Shown here one piece after another: positions 1 to 12,300 of a stretch of DNA of 37,415 bases. The DNA is taken from positions 1 to 37,415 of the IMG/VR virus record IMGVR_UViG_3300012952_000044. The stretch is one strand, 5' to 3'. The notes under the pieces are model-generated. The model worked only from the letters and a program-made list of their open reading frames with translations. It did no database searches and was not told where the DNA came from. The stretch is from a virus. Its lineage: Duplodnaviria; Caudoviricetes. How positions within the stretch are numbered: the stretch's first letter is position 1; every line of letters begins with the position of its first letter. A program made the translations under genes and the position numbers.

Positions 1-3000
1 ACTGTATCAAACAATACAGTTAATCTTGGTGCTAGTCCATCTGATGATTCTCGTGTTTTTGCTGTAGGACATCAAAATTTAAATTCTTTGACATTTAGTG
101 GATCAGCTGGTACACAATTTACAATGAACTATACACCTAGTTCTAATTGTAAGTTACTCGTATTCTTTACATCTGTATTTGAAACACATTTAGTTCCTGC
201 TTCAAATTATAGTGTTAGTGGAAATGTGATTACATTTAGTGAAACTGTAAATCCTGCTGATATATTTGGTTGGTATCTTGATGAAGATACTACATGTGCT
301 ATTGTAAATACTGCTACATGGAATGATAATCAAATTCAAGGTATTTTAGGTTGTACAACTAAGAGATTTAATCATCATATAGAATCAAATGCTTCTAAAA
401 CTCCTGATGCATTATATGAGTTAAGAGCAAGAAATATTAGTGGTACTGTGTATGGTACTGGAACAAACTCAGTAAGAGGTTTTGATACTAGATTTACATA
501 TACATCTCCTTCACATTCATCTAGTTTTGTTGAAGTCTTAGAACCAATTACATTTAATGGAAGTACTAAGACATTTACATTAAAGAGAAATGGTGTTAAT
601 TATAGTCCTACGAATGGAGAAGAAAGTTTAGTCGTTTATCTGGATAATGCTGTTCTCGATCATGATAAGTATACGATTGTAGGTCAACAAATAATATTTA
701 CAGATGCTTATGCATCTACTGTTAAATGCACTTTAATTGATTATGTAAGTAGTTACTTAAGCAATACAGATGATGGTAGAGGTGCTATTCTTGATAGATT
801 AGGTCAAGATCAGACTGGTACTAGAGTACAATGGAATTTAGCGGATAAAGGTGTTCCTCAGTATGTTGCTAATCTTACTGACATATTTGTAATTGAAAAT
901 AACCTATTATTAGAACCAAGTACATCAAATTATTCAATAACTGGTAATTTAATTACTTTTGTAGATCCTCCATTAACTACTGATAATATTAAGATACCAT
1001 TCTTTAATAGACAACTTGTTCCAACAAGTACTAATAACGTTGTTTTAGATAAGTTTAGATGTATTAACGGTGAGAGAGTTTATTTCCCAATTACATCAAA
1101 TGGAATTTTAATTGCACCTGCATTAGAAAAACACTTCTTTGTTATTAGAAATGGTGTTATGCAACGCCCTGGCACAGATTATACTGTTTCTGCTTCAAAT
1201 AAAGCTATCACATTTAGTACTGCACCAGCTATTGGTGAAATTATGTTCTCATACTATTCTTATGATGGTGTGAACCAGAATATAATGTTAGATGATCTTA
1301 CTGGATTTAATGGTTCTACTGCTACATTTAACTTGACACATAGTAGCGGTACTGCATTTACACCACCAGATGTTGATGATCTAATGGTTGTTAGAAATGG
1401 TGTTGTACAGAACCCAACTCAAGATTGGACTGTAAGTGGTAGTCAAATTACATTTACAACTGCACCTGCTAATTCAGAACAACTTTGGATACTTTATACT
1501 CATGGTTCTCAGGAATTAACTATTGCTAGTCAAAGTGCCGTAAATTCCAATAGTTGGAAAATAACTATGTCTGCATCGCCAGGTAGTAGTGCAGCAGATT
1601 ATAGAAGATTATTAGTTCATGTTGATGGAGCTCCAAGATTCTTTGATAGATCAGACTTTACTGTTAGTGGTAATGATATTATATTAGACCATACTGGATC
1701 GCCTGCACCTACTAACGTCTTTGTAGTTAAGATTCCATCTATAACTCAAGTAGACGAATTTGACGACTGCCCAGATGGTACTAGGAAGAGATTTAAGTTG
1801 TTTACAGGAAATTCAAATCTTGCAAGTCCAACTGCATTAAACCTTGTTCCATCAGAAGTTGCAACTGATGCTGATATATTAGTTTCTATTAATGGTATTG
1901 TACAAGATCCTGGCACTGATTATTCACTTACTACTAATAGAGGATTTATAGATTTTGTTACTGCACCAGCAGCAACAGATAAGATCTTTATGGTTAAGAT
2001 GAGTAATAACTTACATAGATCTTTAACTGCTTCTGGATCTAATTACACTTTAAGTACAGGACAGTCTGCTGCATCTGGCGAAAGAGATAATATTGTGGTA
2101 TTCTCTAATAATACTTGGAAGTTTGCAGAATTAGGTGATTTCACATGGGTTAATGATACTACTATTACATTAGCGACTGCACATACTACAGGAAAACTAT
2201 TTGCTATCAAATTTACTAGTATCTTCAAGTTATTAGATCAATTGAATCAGACATTTACTAATACTGGTAAGGTGTTTAATTTATATGATGGTAGAAAGAG
2301 ATTTACACCAACTACTGCAACTTATACTCCTGCTAATGGTAATTTAGTATTAACTATTCCAAATCATGGTCTTTTACAAAATGCTGATGTAAGAATTGAA
2401 CCAAACTCATTGAAGTTTAAGTGTAATATGGATAGTGGATATGCTATTAAGTCTTATCCAAGAACTACTGATCCTAAGTATAATACTAATATTAATATTG
2501 ATGCAGTAACTACAGATACTATTACTCTTAACGTTGGTACATCGCCATTAGTAAATTACACTCCTGGCAATAATACAACTTATGATCCTACAACTGGAAA
2601 TTTAGTTTTACATATTGGTACTACTGGTGCTAATGCACTTAGTGTTGGAGAGTCTATTAAGTTGGCTGATAGTGCTGTAACATTTACTTGTGGTGCTGAT
2701 TATAATCAATCTAATCATTCATATCCTAGAACTACTATAGATATTAAGACACCAGAAGCTGGTACTACATATAACCCAACAACAGGTATTGTAACTATAA
2801 AAATTACTAATCATGGATTTAACGATGGTGATCTAATTAAATTAAATGATGGTGCTCTTAAATTTACTTGTCTACAAGGTTCTGGTCAATACGTTTATCC
2901 TAGACCAACTGATAGAATTGGTGGTGGTAAGTGGGTTCCTATTTCTAATTTAACAACAGATACATTTGATATCCAAGTTTTAGATTCTGCACCTTCTACC

Positions 3001-4656
3001 AATACTACTGCACATACATTTGTTAGTGCTGTTCAAAGTTCTTTAAGTAGAAAACGTGATAGATCTTATGATGCTCCTGTTACTATAACGGCAAAGGATG
3101 CAGCAGCTGGAACAATTACTGTAAATGTTGGTAAATCATCTGATACAACAACACATACATTTGTTGCTAATAGTGGTGTTGCGAACTCTGTAATTACTGG
3201 TGGTAATTATACACATACATTTGTATCTGCTAATCCTAGATGTATATTATCTGCTGGAGATCAAAAAATATTTACTCCTGTAGGAACAGTTGATAATGAT
3301 AATGTTCCAGATGAAACAAGTCTATTAGTTGTTAAAAATGGTAAAATATTAGATCCAAAGGTAGACTTTACTTTAAGTGGAGATAATAAGACACAAATTA
3401 CCCTTACAGATGATCCTGCTACTAATGATGTTATTTCAGTGAGATCCGTAGGTTCATTTGATAAATTGGATACTATTACCAACCAGAGTAATATTACTGA
3501 ACTTGTTATAAACAAGTCTTCTGCGTCTTATTATCCAAATGCTCATATAGAAAGACCAAGGAATTGGGAGAATCAGTATTTGGTTATTAAGGATGGTAAT
3601 CCTTTAAGTCCATTATATGATTATTATGTAACTGATAATAAAATGTACTTTACTTCAGCACAGACATTTACAAAACTGGTTATCTTAGATTTTCGTGGTA
3701 CTGCTGATGATGTTAAGGTATTGAGTAGAGGATATGAAGTTGTAATTGGAGATGAGTTACAAATTACTGGAGAAGTGGATCCATCAACAAAAGAACCAGT
3801 AGCAAGAACTATTAGTGGAATTGTATCACCTACAGTTTTGACTACTCAATCCTTTACTGGTGATAATATCTTTACTTGGGGAACTGGTAACTTAGGATCT
3901 ACTACTATTTCTAATGGTGTTATATCTGCACTAACAACAACTTCTGGTAGTGTAGGATTTAAGAATCCTGTTGTATTAAGAACAGAAGGTACAGGACTTG
4001 GTGCAAAAGCAACTGCAACTGTAAACATCATATCTGGTGGTGAAATAGTTAATAGTTCAATAGATATTCAGTATCCTGGCTATAATGTTTATAATACTCA
4101 TAAAGTATTCCCAACTGTATATGCATCCACATATAAGAAACAGGCGGTTAGTAAGACTGAAGTAAGGAAGGGAACTAAACTTACATCAAATATTAATAAT
4201 TCTGTAGAGACTATTGCTCTTAAGAATACAGCTAATATGACTTCTAATACACCAACATTCACCATTACTGGTACTCATAGTGGTAGTAATGCGTCATTTA
4301 GACCATTTATTTCAGGTGGTGAAGTTAAAAAGGTAGAAATTATTAGCGGTGGAACTGGTTATGATGATCGTGATATAAATATTACGCTTACTGGTGGTGG
4401 GGGAACTGGATGTGTTCTCGAACCAGTGTTAAATAGTTCAGGTACAGTTACTTCAATAACTGTTAAAAATCCTGGCGTTGGTTATGATACGTTTAGAGTT
4501 ATACTCCGCAAAGAGGTTTCTAACGTAGTTAATGCTGAAATTGTCGAATACACAACGGTCACTAGTACTGGAATAGAAGGATGTACAAGAGCAGTTCTTG
4601 GTACAGCTCAATCTTATTCCGCAAATGACCTCGTATATTTTGATAATTATATCTAA
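1..4656 (+). CDS. Large repeat-rich baseplate/virion structural protein (gp7-like baseplate wedge initiator), 5'-truncated
   Basis: Frame is open from position 1, so the TTG at 88 is probably not the true start. Roughly a dozen ~75-aa repeats (FNGSTxTF..LxVxxNGVxQxPxxDYTVSGxxITFxxAP). Lies immediately upstream of gp8, the gp7 position in cyanomyoviruses. Confidence 0.65.
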   Translation, partial: TVSNNTVNLGASPSDDSRVFAVGHQNLNSLTFSGSAGTQFTMNYTPSSNCKLLVFFTSVFETHLVPASNYSVSGNVITFSETVNPADIFGWYLDEDTTCAIVNTATWNDNQIQGILGCTTKRFNHHIESNASKTPDALYELRARNISGTVYGTGTNSVRGFDTRFTYTSPSHSSSFVEVLEPITFNGSTKTFTLKRNGVNYSPTNGEESLVVYLDNAVLDHDKYTIVGQQIIFTDAYASTVKCTLIDYVSSYLSNTDDGRGAILDRLGQDQTGTRVQWNLADKGVPQYVANLTDIFVIENNLLLEPSTSNYSITGNLITFVDPPLTTDNIKIPFFNRQLVPTSTNNVVLDKFRCINGERVYFPITSNGILIAPALEKHFFVIRNGVMQRPGTDYTVSASNKAITFSTAPAIGEIMFSYYSYDGVNQNIMLDDLTGFNGSTATFNLTHSSGTAFTPPDVDDLMVVRNGVVQNPTQDWTVSGSQITFTTAPANSEQLWILYTHGSQELTIASQSAVNSNSWKITMSASPGSSAADYRRLLVHVDGAPRFFDRSDFTVSGNDIILDHTGSPAPTNVFVVKIPSITQVDEFDDCPDGTRKRFKLFTGNSNLASPTALNLVPSEVATDADILVSINGIVQDPGTDYSLTTNRGFIDFVTAPAATDKIFMVKMSNNLHRSLTASGSNYTLSTGQSAASGERDNIVVFSNNTWKFAELGDFTWVNDTTITLATAHTTGKLFAIKFTSIFKLLDQLNQTFTNTGKVFNLYDGRKRFTPTTATYTPANGNLVLTIPNHGLLQNADVRIEPNSLKFKCNMDSGYAIKSYPRTTDPKYNTNINIDAVTTDTITLNVGTSPLVNYTPGNNTTYDPTTGNLVLHIGTTGANALSVGESIKLADSAVTFTCGADYNQSNHSYPRTTIDIKTPEAGTTYNPTTGIVTIKITNHGFNDGDLIKLNDGALKFTCLQGSGQYVYPRPTDRIGGGKWVPISNLTTDTFDIQVLDSAPSTNTTAHTFVSAVQSSLSRKRDRSYDAPVTITAKDAAAGTITVNVGKSSDTTTHTFVANSGVANSVITGGNYTHTFVSANPRCILSAGDQKIFTPVGTVDNDNVPDETSLLVVKNGKILDPKVDFTLSGDNKTQITLTDDPATNDVISVRSVGSFDKLDTITNQSNITELVINKSSASYYPNAHIERPRNWENQYLVIKDGNPLSPLYDYYVTDNKMYFTSAQTFTKLVILDFRGTADDVKVLSRGYEVVIGDELQITGEVDPSTKEPVARTISGIVSPTVLTTQSFTGDNIFTWGTGNLGSTTISNGVISALTTTSGSVGFKNPVVLRTEGTGLGAKATATVNIISGGEIVNSSIDIQYPGYNVYNTHKVFPTVYASTYKKQAVSKTEVRKGTKLTSNINNSVETIALKNTANMTSNTPTFTITGTHSGSNASFRPFISGGEVKKVEIISGGTGYDDRDINITLTGGGGTGCVLEPVLNSSGTVTSITVKNPGVGYDTFRVILRKEVSNVVNAEIVEYTTVTSTGIEGCTRAVLGTAQSYSANDLVYFDNYI
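2299..3258 (+). repeat. Three nested copies of a TY(D/N/T)PxxG..FxC..YPR..HTFV domain inside the gp7-like protein
   Basis: YPR motifs at ~2455, ~2722 and ~2896; HTFV motifs with near-identical DNA cacatacatttgt at ~3011, ~3152 and ~3212. Confidence 0.75.
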
Positions 4657-4662
4657 TAAATA
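4656..4662 (+). promoter_or_regulatory. T4-type late promoter core ATAAATA upstream of gp8
   Basis: Matches the gp55-dependent TATAAATA-like core; overlaps the upstream stop codon. Confidence 0.55.
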
Positions 4663-4691
4663 AAAGTAACAATTCAGAACTGTAAAGAATA

Positions 4692-6275
4692 ATGCCTTCA
4701 CTTGTCACAGATAATTTTAGAGTCTTTGCGGCTGAGCAGTTTATCGAGTCTCTAGCAGAACCATTCTCAGATGCTTCAAATACTCAAGAGGCAGATAGTT
4801 CTGCAAAAGCACAGGCTTATAGAAGTAAAATTTACCTTTTTACGGGTAGACCTCAAAGTTGGACACTGGAAAGATACAGTGGTGTATCTGGAGTTAGTGA
4901 ACTTGCTCCTCCAACTCCAAATGATTCATTCGATGATATGAATGAAATATATGATGATATGATTGCTATGAAGAGAGTATCATCTACGGATGTTTCTAAA
5001 GTAATTAAGAGAAACACTTGGAAGACTGGACTTAAGTATGATATGTTTAAGAATAATTATACACCAAGTAATCTTTCTGTTAATGGTCAATCAAAGTTAT
5101 ATGATGCACAATTTTATGTAATTAATAGTAATTACCAAGTTTATAAGTGTATATTTAATGGAGAAAGTCCAACTAATCCAACAGGAAAAGTTTCTACTGT
5201 AGAACCAACAGGAACTACTACATCAATATTTGATACTTCTGATGGATATCGTTGGTTGTATCTATACACTATTAATATTTCTGATTATATTAAATTTGTT
5301 TCTAGTGATTTTATTCCCGTAAAAACTGATAATGCAGTAAAAACTGCATCAGCAGCAAGAGATGGGTCTATTGAACAATTATTAGTAACTGCTTCTGGTA
5401 GTAGTATCAGTCCAGGCACTTACTATTGTCCTATATTAGGTGATAATGATACCAGTTCAAACTCCAATAAAGCTATAGCAACTATTGTAGTTCCTAACAC
5501 TGGTTCTAATTCTGGTAAAATTGATTCTGCTACATTACATCAAATTGGTAAGGGTTATACTCGTGCCACAGTTTTATTAACTGCTGGTTATGCAACTGCC
5601 GCTGCTGCGATTGCAAGAAGTGGATCTACAACCTCTTTGAGTGGAACTGTACAGGCTATTATTTCACCTCCAGGCGGTCATGGTGCAGATACATCACTAG
5701 AACTTGGTGGTTATCGTGTAATGATCAATAAGAGTTTAGAATTCCTAGATGGAAGTGGAGACATCCCTGTAGACTCTCAATTTAGAAGATATGGATTAAT
5801 ATCTGATCCTGTTGTTGCAGGTGCTACAACAGATCTTATAGATCCTACAGTAACCGCTTGTAAAGCTATTAAATTTGCGTCATCTACTACAGATACATAT
5901 ACTGCTGGAGAAATTATTACTCAAGCTACTACTGGTGCTAAAGGTAGAGTTATTCATTGGGATACTGTTAATAAAGTTCTTAGATATTATCAGAATGAAT
6001 ACATTGATCAGACTCAAGCTGGTGCTAATACATATCAAGAAGTTGCCTTTACTGGTGCAAATGCAATTACTGGTGCTACTAGTAATACTGTGTTAACACC
6101 AGATGTGTCTCACGGTACTGCATCATCTGGTATTGCAGCTAGTTTATGGACTAATGGATATTCAGGTTCTGAAGTTAAGAAAAACAGTGGGACTGTTATC
6201 TATACAGAGAACAGGAAAGCAGTAAACAGGTCTAACGACCAAATTGAAGACATCAAATTAGTTGTCGAATTTTAG
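4692..6275 (+). CDS. g8: Baseplate wedge subunit gp8
   Basis: Motifs FYVINSNYQVYKCIFNG, EPTG..DGYRWLYLYTI, ISPPGGHG..ELGG and C-terminal YTENRKAVNRSNDQIEDIKLVVEF, typical of cyanophage gp8. Confidence 0.9.
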   Translation: MPSLVTDNFRVFAAEQFIESLAEPFSDASNTQEADSSAKAQAYRSKIYLFTGRPQSWTLERYSGVSGVSELAPPTPNDSFDDMNEIYDDMIAMKRVSSTDVSKVIKRNTWKTGLKYDMFKNNYTPSNLSVNGQSKLYDAQFYVINSNYQVYKCIFNGESPTNPTGKVSTVEPTGTTTSIFDTSDGYRWLYLYTINISDYIKFVSSDFIPVKTDNAVKTASAARDGSIEQLLVTASGSSISPGTYYCPILGDNDTSSNSNKAIATIVVPNTGSNSGKIDSATLHQIGKGYTRATVLLTAGYATAAAAIARSGSTTSLSGTVQAIISPPGGHGADTSLELGGYRVMINKSLEFLDGSGDIPVDSQFRRYGLISDPVVAGATTDLIDPTVTACKAIKFASSTTDTYTAGEIITQATTGAKGRVIHWDTVNKVLRYYQNEYIDQTQAGANTYQEVAFTGANAITGATSNTVLTPDVSHGTASSGIAASLWTNGYSGSEVKKNSGTVIYTENRKAVNRSNDQIEDIKLVVEF

Positions 6276-6276
6276 G

Positions 6277-6283
6277 ATAAATA
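6277..6283 (+). promoter_or_regulatory. Late promoter core ATAAATA upstream of the VrlC-like gene
   Basis: Motif lies in the short intergenic gap. Confidence 0.55.
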
Positions 6284-6306
6284 CTCAAAAGAAATACCTT
6301 ATTTAA

Positions 6307-9300
6307 ATGGAAGTTACTAATCTAAAGATCTCTCCGTATTTCGATGATTTTGATCGGTCAAAAAATTACCAAAAGGTTCTTTTTAAGCCAGGATATTCTG
6401 TCCAGACACGAGAAATAAATACACTCCAATCAATTTTACAAAATCAAATTGATCGGTTTGGGTCGCATGTTTTTAAGGATGGATCTGTTGTAATTCCAGG
6501 CAACTTAGATTATAGTGTTAGTTATAAAGCAGTTTTAATACAACCTCTAATTAATGGTATTTCAGTAGAGACATTAAGAGCTGCTACATTTAAAGCAGGT
6601 ACAGAACTAACTGGTCTAACATCTGGTGTTAAAGCAGAAGTTGTTAATTCTATAAGTGCTACAACTTCAGAGAAAGATACGATTACTTTATATGTAAAAT
6701 ATACTTCAGGTGGTAATATATCAAATGATGTACAGGCTAATGAATTTCAGAATAATGAGGTACTTCAAAATTCAGCTGGTACATCTGTAGCTGTTACTGC
6801 TGTACAGAATGCTTCAGCATATACAGGATCCTCTGCTACAATTAATGCAGGTGTATATTTCATTAGAGGATATTTTGTAGAAGTAGCTACACAAACAATT
6901 ATTCTAGATCAGTATAATAATAAACCATCATATAAAGTTGGTCTTCAAGTAAAAGAAAGTATTGCAACTACATCTGATGATGATACTTTATATGATAATG
7001 CATTAGGTACTACAAACTATGCATCTCCAGGCGCTGATAGATTAAAGATTACTGCAACATTAACAAAACAGAATTTATTGTTGACCGATGATGCTAATTT
7101 TATTGAATTATTGAGATTAGAAAATGGTGAACCAACTGTACAAGTAAATAATTCTCTTTATAGTGAGTTAGAAAAGAATTTAGCAAGAAGAACATATGAT
7201 GAATCTGGACATTATACTATTAAACCATTTGGTGTTAAGGTAAAAGAAGCATTAGATGATGGTGTTAATGGAGGTATATTCCTACCAAACTCAAAACTAG
7301 AAGATGGTAGAACTATTGTAGATGGTAAACCTTCATCTTCAGACCCAACAAATTCTATTAATGGTAATGATTATTATGCTGTTGAGTTATCTGAAGGTAA
7401 AGCATATGTAAAAGGATTTGAGGTAGTATCAAATAGGAAACAATATAAAATTGTAGAAAAACCAAGAAAAACTATTACTAAAGAAAATAAAGGATTCTAT
7501 GCAAATATTGGATCATATTTTAAATTAGATCTTAGTAGTGATTCTAATACTAAAGGTGCTGCAGGTTTTGGTGCTGAATTAGATTTAAAGGCTGTAACTG
7601 GTAGTTCAATGGGAACTGCAAAATGTCTTGGTTTAATAGGTGCAGGCGATAGGTTATATGTAGCTGATGTTAACATACATTCACAGTTAACACTTAATCA
7701 AACTGCTGCAACAACTGGAATAGTTGCAGGTGATTATATTACTGGACAAACTAGTGGTGCTACAGCATATGTTAAGTCTGTATCTGGAAGTACTCTTACA
7801 ATATATCAGGTTAGTGGTACATTTAGTACAGGTGAAACTTTATCACAAAGTAGATATACTGCTGCTACTTTACCAACTATCACAAATCATGCATTAAATA
7901 AATTAGAAGATATTAGAACAATAACATCAGGTACTGGATCTAATTCATTCTTGGGTACAATTTTACAAGATACAGTTAATTTAACTGGTGCTTCATTCAA
8001 GATTGCTGGTACTGCTTTTACTGGTATAGGATCTAATTTTAGGAACGAATTATCTTCTTTATCTAAAATAAGAATTGGTAGTGTTGATCATGAAGTTGGT
8101 GCTCTTGGCGACAGTGGTAATAGTAATACTGCATTAACATTAGATGCTTCTGGTGTTAATGGAACTTATTATGATGTTAAAAAATATGCTACTAAATTAT
8201 ATACATCTGATACAGGTTTAACATCTAAAGTATATACAAATCCAATTGCAACAACAAAAGATTATAGTCATTATACATCAGGATATATTACTAATCAAAC
8301 TGCTGATGGTTCTGGAGAATATACTCTTACTGTTGGTGCTGGAGAAATAATAGATAAAGATAGTGTTTTTGTACTAGGAACATCTGTTAGAGATTCTAGT
8401 ATTACAGTAACTAATCCAGATGCAAACTTTCCAAATATAGTTAAGATATCTAATTTAACAAATAATGCTATTATTAATGTATATTGGAAATCTAGAATAC
8501 CATCATCTAAGATTAAGACAAAAGAGAAAGAATCATATAATATATTCTTAGTATCTAAGGATAAGGATGCTACTAATCATGCATATGGAACTAGATATGT
8601 TGATAAAGATATATCTTTAGGAAAACAAGACGTATTTAAAATTCATGCTATTCATGAAGCATTGGATGATTCTCAATCAACAGAGACTTTATTTGATCGT
8701 TTAAAATTAAATTCATCTCTTAATATAAATGTAGGTGATCTTATTATATCTGGTTTAATTAGAGCTAGAGTGATAAGTAAAGGTTCTGATAATTTAGTAT
8801 ATGTTAAGTACATTAGTACAACAAAATTCCAGAGTGGTACTAATCTTGCACTTTCAGTTAATGTACCAACTAATTCAGTTGCTGCTGGTATATTCATCAG
8901 AGAATCATTGTATGGTAATTTTAAAGATATAACTGATGATTTTATATTATTAAAAAATGATACTGATAATTTTTATAGACCATCTAAAATAGTAAGAAAA
9001 TCATTTGCTGCAACTCCAAGTAAAAAATTGGTAGTAGTATATGATTACTTTAATCATTCAAATTTAAATAATGATTTCTATTCTAAGGAATCATATGATT
9101 TAACTTATGGAGATACACCATTAGCATCTAATTATAATTCATATGCAGATATAATAGATTTTAGATATGTTATAGAAAATGGTACAAGTGGTTCTGGTAC
9201 TATTGGAGCTCCTTATAGTGATAATAATACAAATCCATTATTAATGGATGGTAAAAGTATAGCAACTTCTCAAAAATTTGTTTGGCCAACTGAATTAATA

Positions 9301-12300
9301 TCTCTTGATTATTCCTTCTATTTGGGAAGAATTGATAATGTATATTTAACACCAGACGGTGATATACAAGTTGTTAAAGGTGCTGATTCTATAAGTCCAC
9401 AAGAAACTGAGGATGATTCTGTTGGATTGCATATAGCAACATTAACTCTTCCACCATATCTTAAAGATGTTAGAGATGCTAATATAAAACTAGAAAGAAA
9501 TAGAAACTATACTATGAAAGATATTGGTAAGTTAGAAACCAGATTATCTAATGTTGAAAAATATTCTTCATTAAATTTATTGGAGAATAATACAGTTAAT
9601 TTAAATATTCTTGATGGGGAAGGTAGAAATAGATTTAAAAATGGATTTGTTGTAGATAGTTTTATTAATACTGATGTTGCTGATCTATCCAATCCAAATT
9701 ATACAGCATCTATTGACTTAGATAACAATTTAGCAAGACCATATCCATATGTAACTGGTATTGGATTTACATATAATACAACTAGTACAACTAAACTAAC
9801 ATCTGGAGAAACAGGCAATACTACTGGATATATAACTATTCCATATACAGAAACTTCATATATTACTTCTGGGTATGCTAGTAGAGTAGAAAATTTACAA
9901 CCATTTGAAGTATTTACTTGGTTGGGTGAAATGGAGATTATACCAAAGAAAGATATTTGGTATGATACTGTAAGAGAAATTAAGGAAGGTCAGAGTATTA
10001 ATCTTGTAGATAGTTATAAATTCCTTTGGGATGAAATAGGTGCAGGTGCTGAAGAATGGGGATCATGGACTACATCATCATCTTCTAGAGGTGGCGGTGG
10101 TACTACTGTAAATCAGGTAAGAAGTGGTCAACAAGATGTTCTTAATTCATTAAATTTTGATATTGAAAGTGGTGATACAATTGATAAAGTAACTGATGTT
10201 AGATTTAGTAGATCTAGAGTAATAAGCATTAAAACTGAAAGTCTTAAACCAAATACTAAATTACACTTTCATATAGATGATGTAAATGCAGATAATATAG
10301 CATATCCTAAATTATTAACAGGATTAACAAATAATAATGGTGTTTCTTTTGTTATAGGAGAAACAGTTGAGATTACACCAATATATGATGATAATATTGT
10401 AAGACCTCAAGTAATTACAGGAATTAGAGCTACTGTACAGAATCCAAACGTATTTACAAATTTAACTCCTACATCTGATTTTACAAATGCATATACAGGT
10501 TCTACTAATAGTTTAGCAATTGATAGTATCAGATCTTTAGATGATTCTGATATAAATCCTGGCGAGATTGGTGTTAAGTTTAGAATTAAAGGATTAAGTT
10601 CTGGTGCTATAGCAGAATCTTTAACCCATCAAACTTTAAAATCAAATGAAACTGGAATACTAGAATCATTTGTTTTACTTCCTTCTAGAACATTTGAAAC
10701 TGGTGATCTTACATTCTCTCTTGCTGATGATGTTAATAATGTAAAAATTCTAGGACTTAGTGGATCTTATGCATCAAGTAATTATTACACACAGGGAACA
10801 AGTTTAGAAGTCAGTTCAACAATTACTTCAATAGAAGTTCCTGAAGTTACTACTATTGCAGTCAATGATTCTAGAAGTTTCTTTGTTCCTGATCCTCCTC
10901 CACCAAGAAGAAATCGTGATCCTCTTGCACAATCATTCTTTATTAGTGATAAAGGAGGCGTATTTGTAAGTTCTATAGATCTCTTTTTCTATAGTAAAGA
11001 TACTACAGCTCCAGTTACTATAGAAATAAGAACTGTTGAAAATGGTGTTCCAAGTGATATTGTAGTTCCATCTGGTAAGGCAACAGTTCCTGCTGATTCT
11101 GTTGTAATATCTGATGATGCTAGTAAATCAACAAGATTTACATTTAAGAAACCTGTTTATTTAACAGATAAAAATGATTATGTATTTGTTATTAAGAGTA
11201 TATCAAAATCATATAATATATGGGTTTCTAGATTAGGAGAGAAAGATATTTCTACTGGATTTGTAATTGATAAACAACCAGCAATAGGAGTATTATTTAA
11301 GTCTGCTAATGATAAGACTTGGATATCAGATCAATATGAAGATATTAAATTTACTTTAAACAGATGTAAATTTACTACAGATACAAGTTATACAGCTATA
11401 TTAAACAATAAACCAATTCCTTTATCATCTTTACCAAATAATCCATTTACACTTACCAATAATTCATCGGTAATTAATGTTAAACATCCAAATCATGGTA
11501 TGCATAGTGTTGGAGATAAAGTGACATTTAGCAATATTGTATCAGATACTTTAAATGCTAAGTTATCTTCATCTCTTACTGTCAATGCTACAGATATTCT
11601 TTTACAAGATGTCTCTGGTAATGATTTTGTTCCTAGTACTACTAGATGGTGGTGGTCAATGGATAATCAAAACATATCAGAAACAAATTTAGGATATGTT
11701 AAAATTGGTGATGAGATTATATCATATACTGGATTTAGTACTTCTGTACCAGCAACACTTACTGGTTGTGTACGTGGTGTATTAGATACAACAGCATCTA
11801 CACATAGTAAAGATGATGTGGTTCAATGTTATCAGTTAAATGGTATTCCATTACAACAATTAAATACAACTCATACAATAACTGCTGTTATTAATATGGA
11901 TGAGTATCAAGTTACAACAACTACTAAAGCTAATTCCAATTTACAGACTGGTGGAAATAAAGTTCTTGGATCTAGAAATATTGCATATCAATCAATAGAA
12001 CCAAAATTTAAATCCTTTGTTCCTATAGAAACTACAGCTAACTTTACTATTGATAGTTTGACTGGTAAGAGTATTGGTAATGCTACTCAAATACCTTATA
12101 CTATAAAAACTAATGAGACTATTGATAATAATGTAGAAAATATTCTTAATGAACCAAAATTAATTGCTTCTGCAACATCTATTACTGCTAATACATCATT
12201 AACAAGTCTTTCAGGTACTTTAAATACTAATATTGAATTTTCAACTACAAATGATAGATTAAGTCCTATTATTGATTTGGAAGGATCTTCTATAGTTACT

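Noticed and set aside
88-90. TTG start for the first ORF
   Set aside because: The frame is open back to position 1, so the gene probably starts outside the window.
3011-3224. Triple CACATACATTTGT DNA repeat as a CRISPR, DGR or recombination site
   Set aside because: Explained by the coding HTFV motif; spacing is irregular and there is no cas, reverse transcriptase or recombinase gene in the window.
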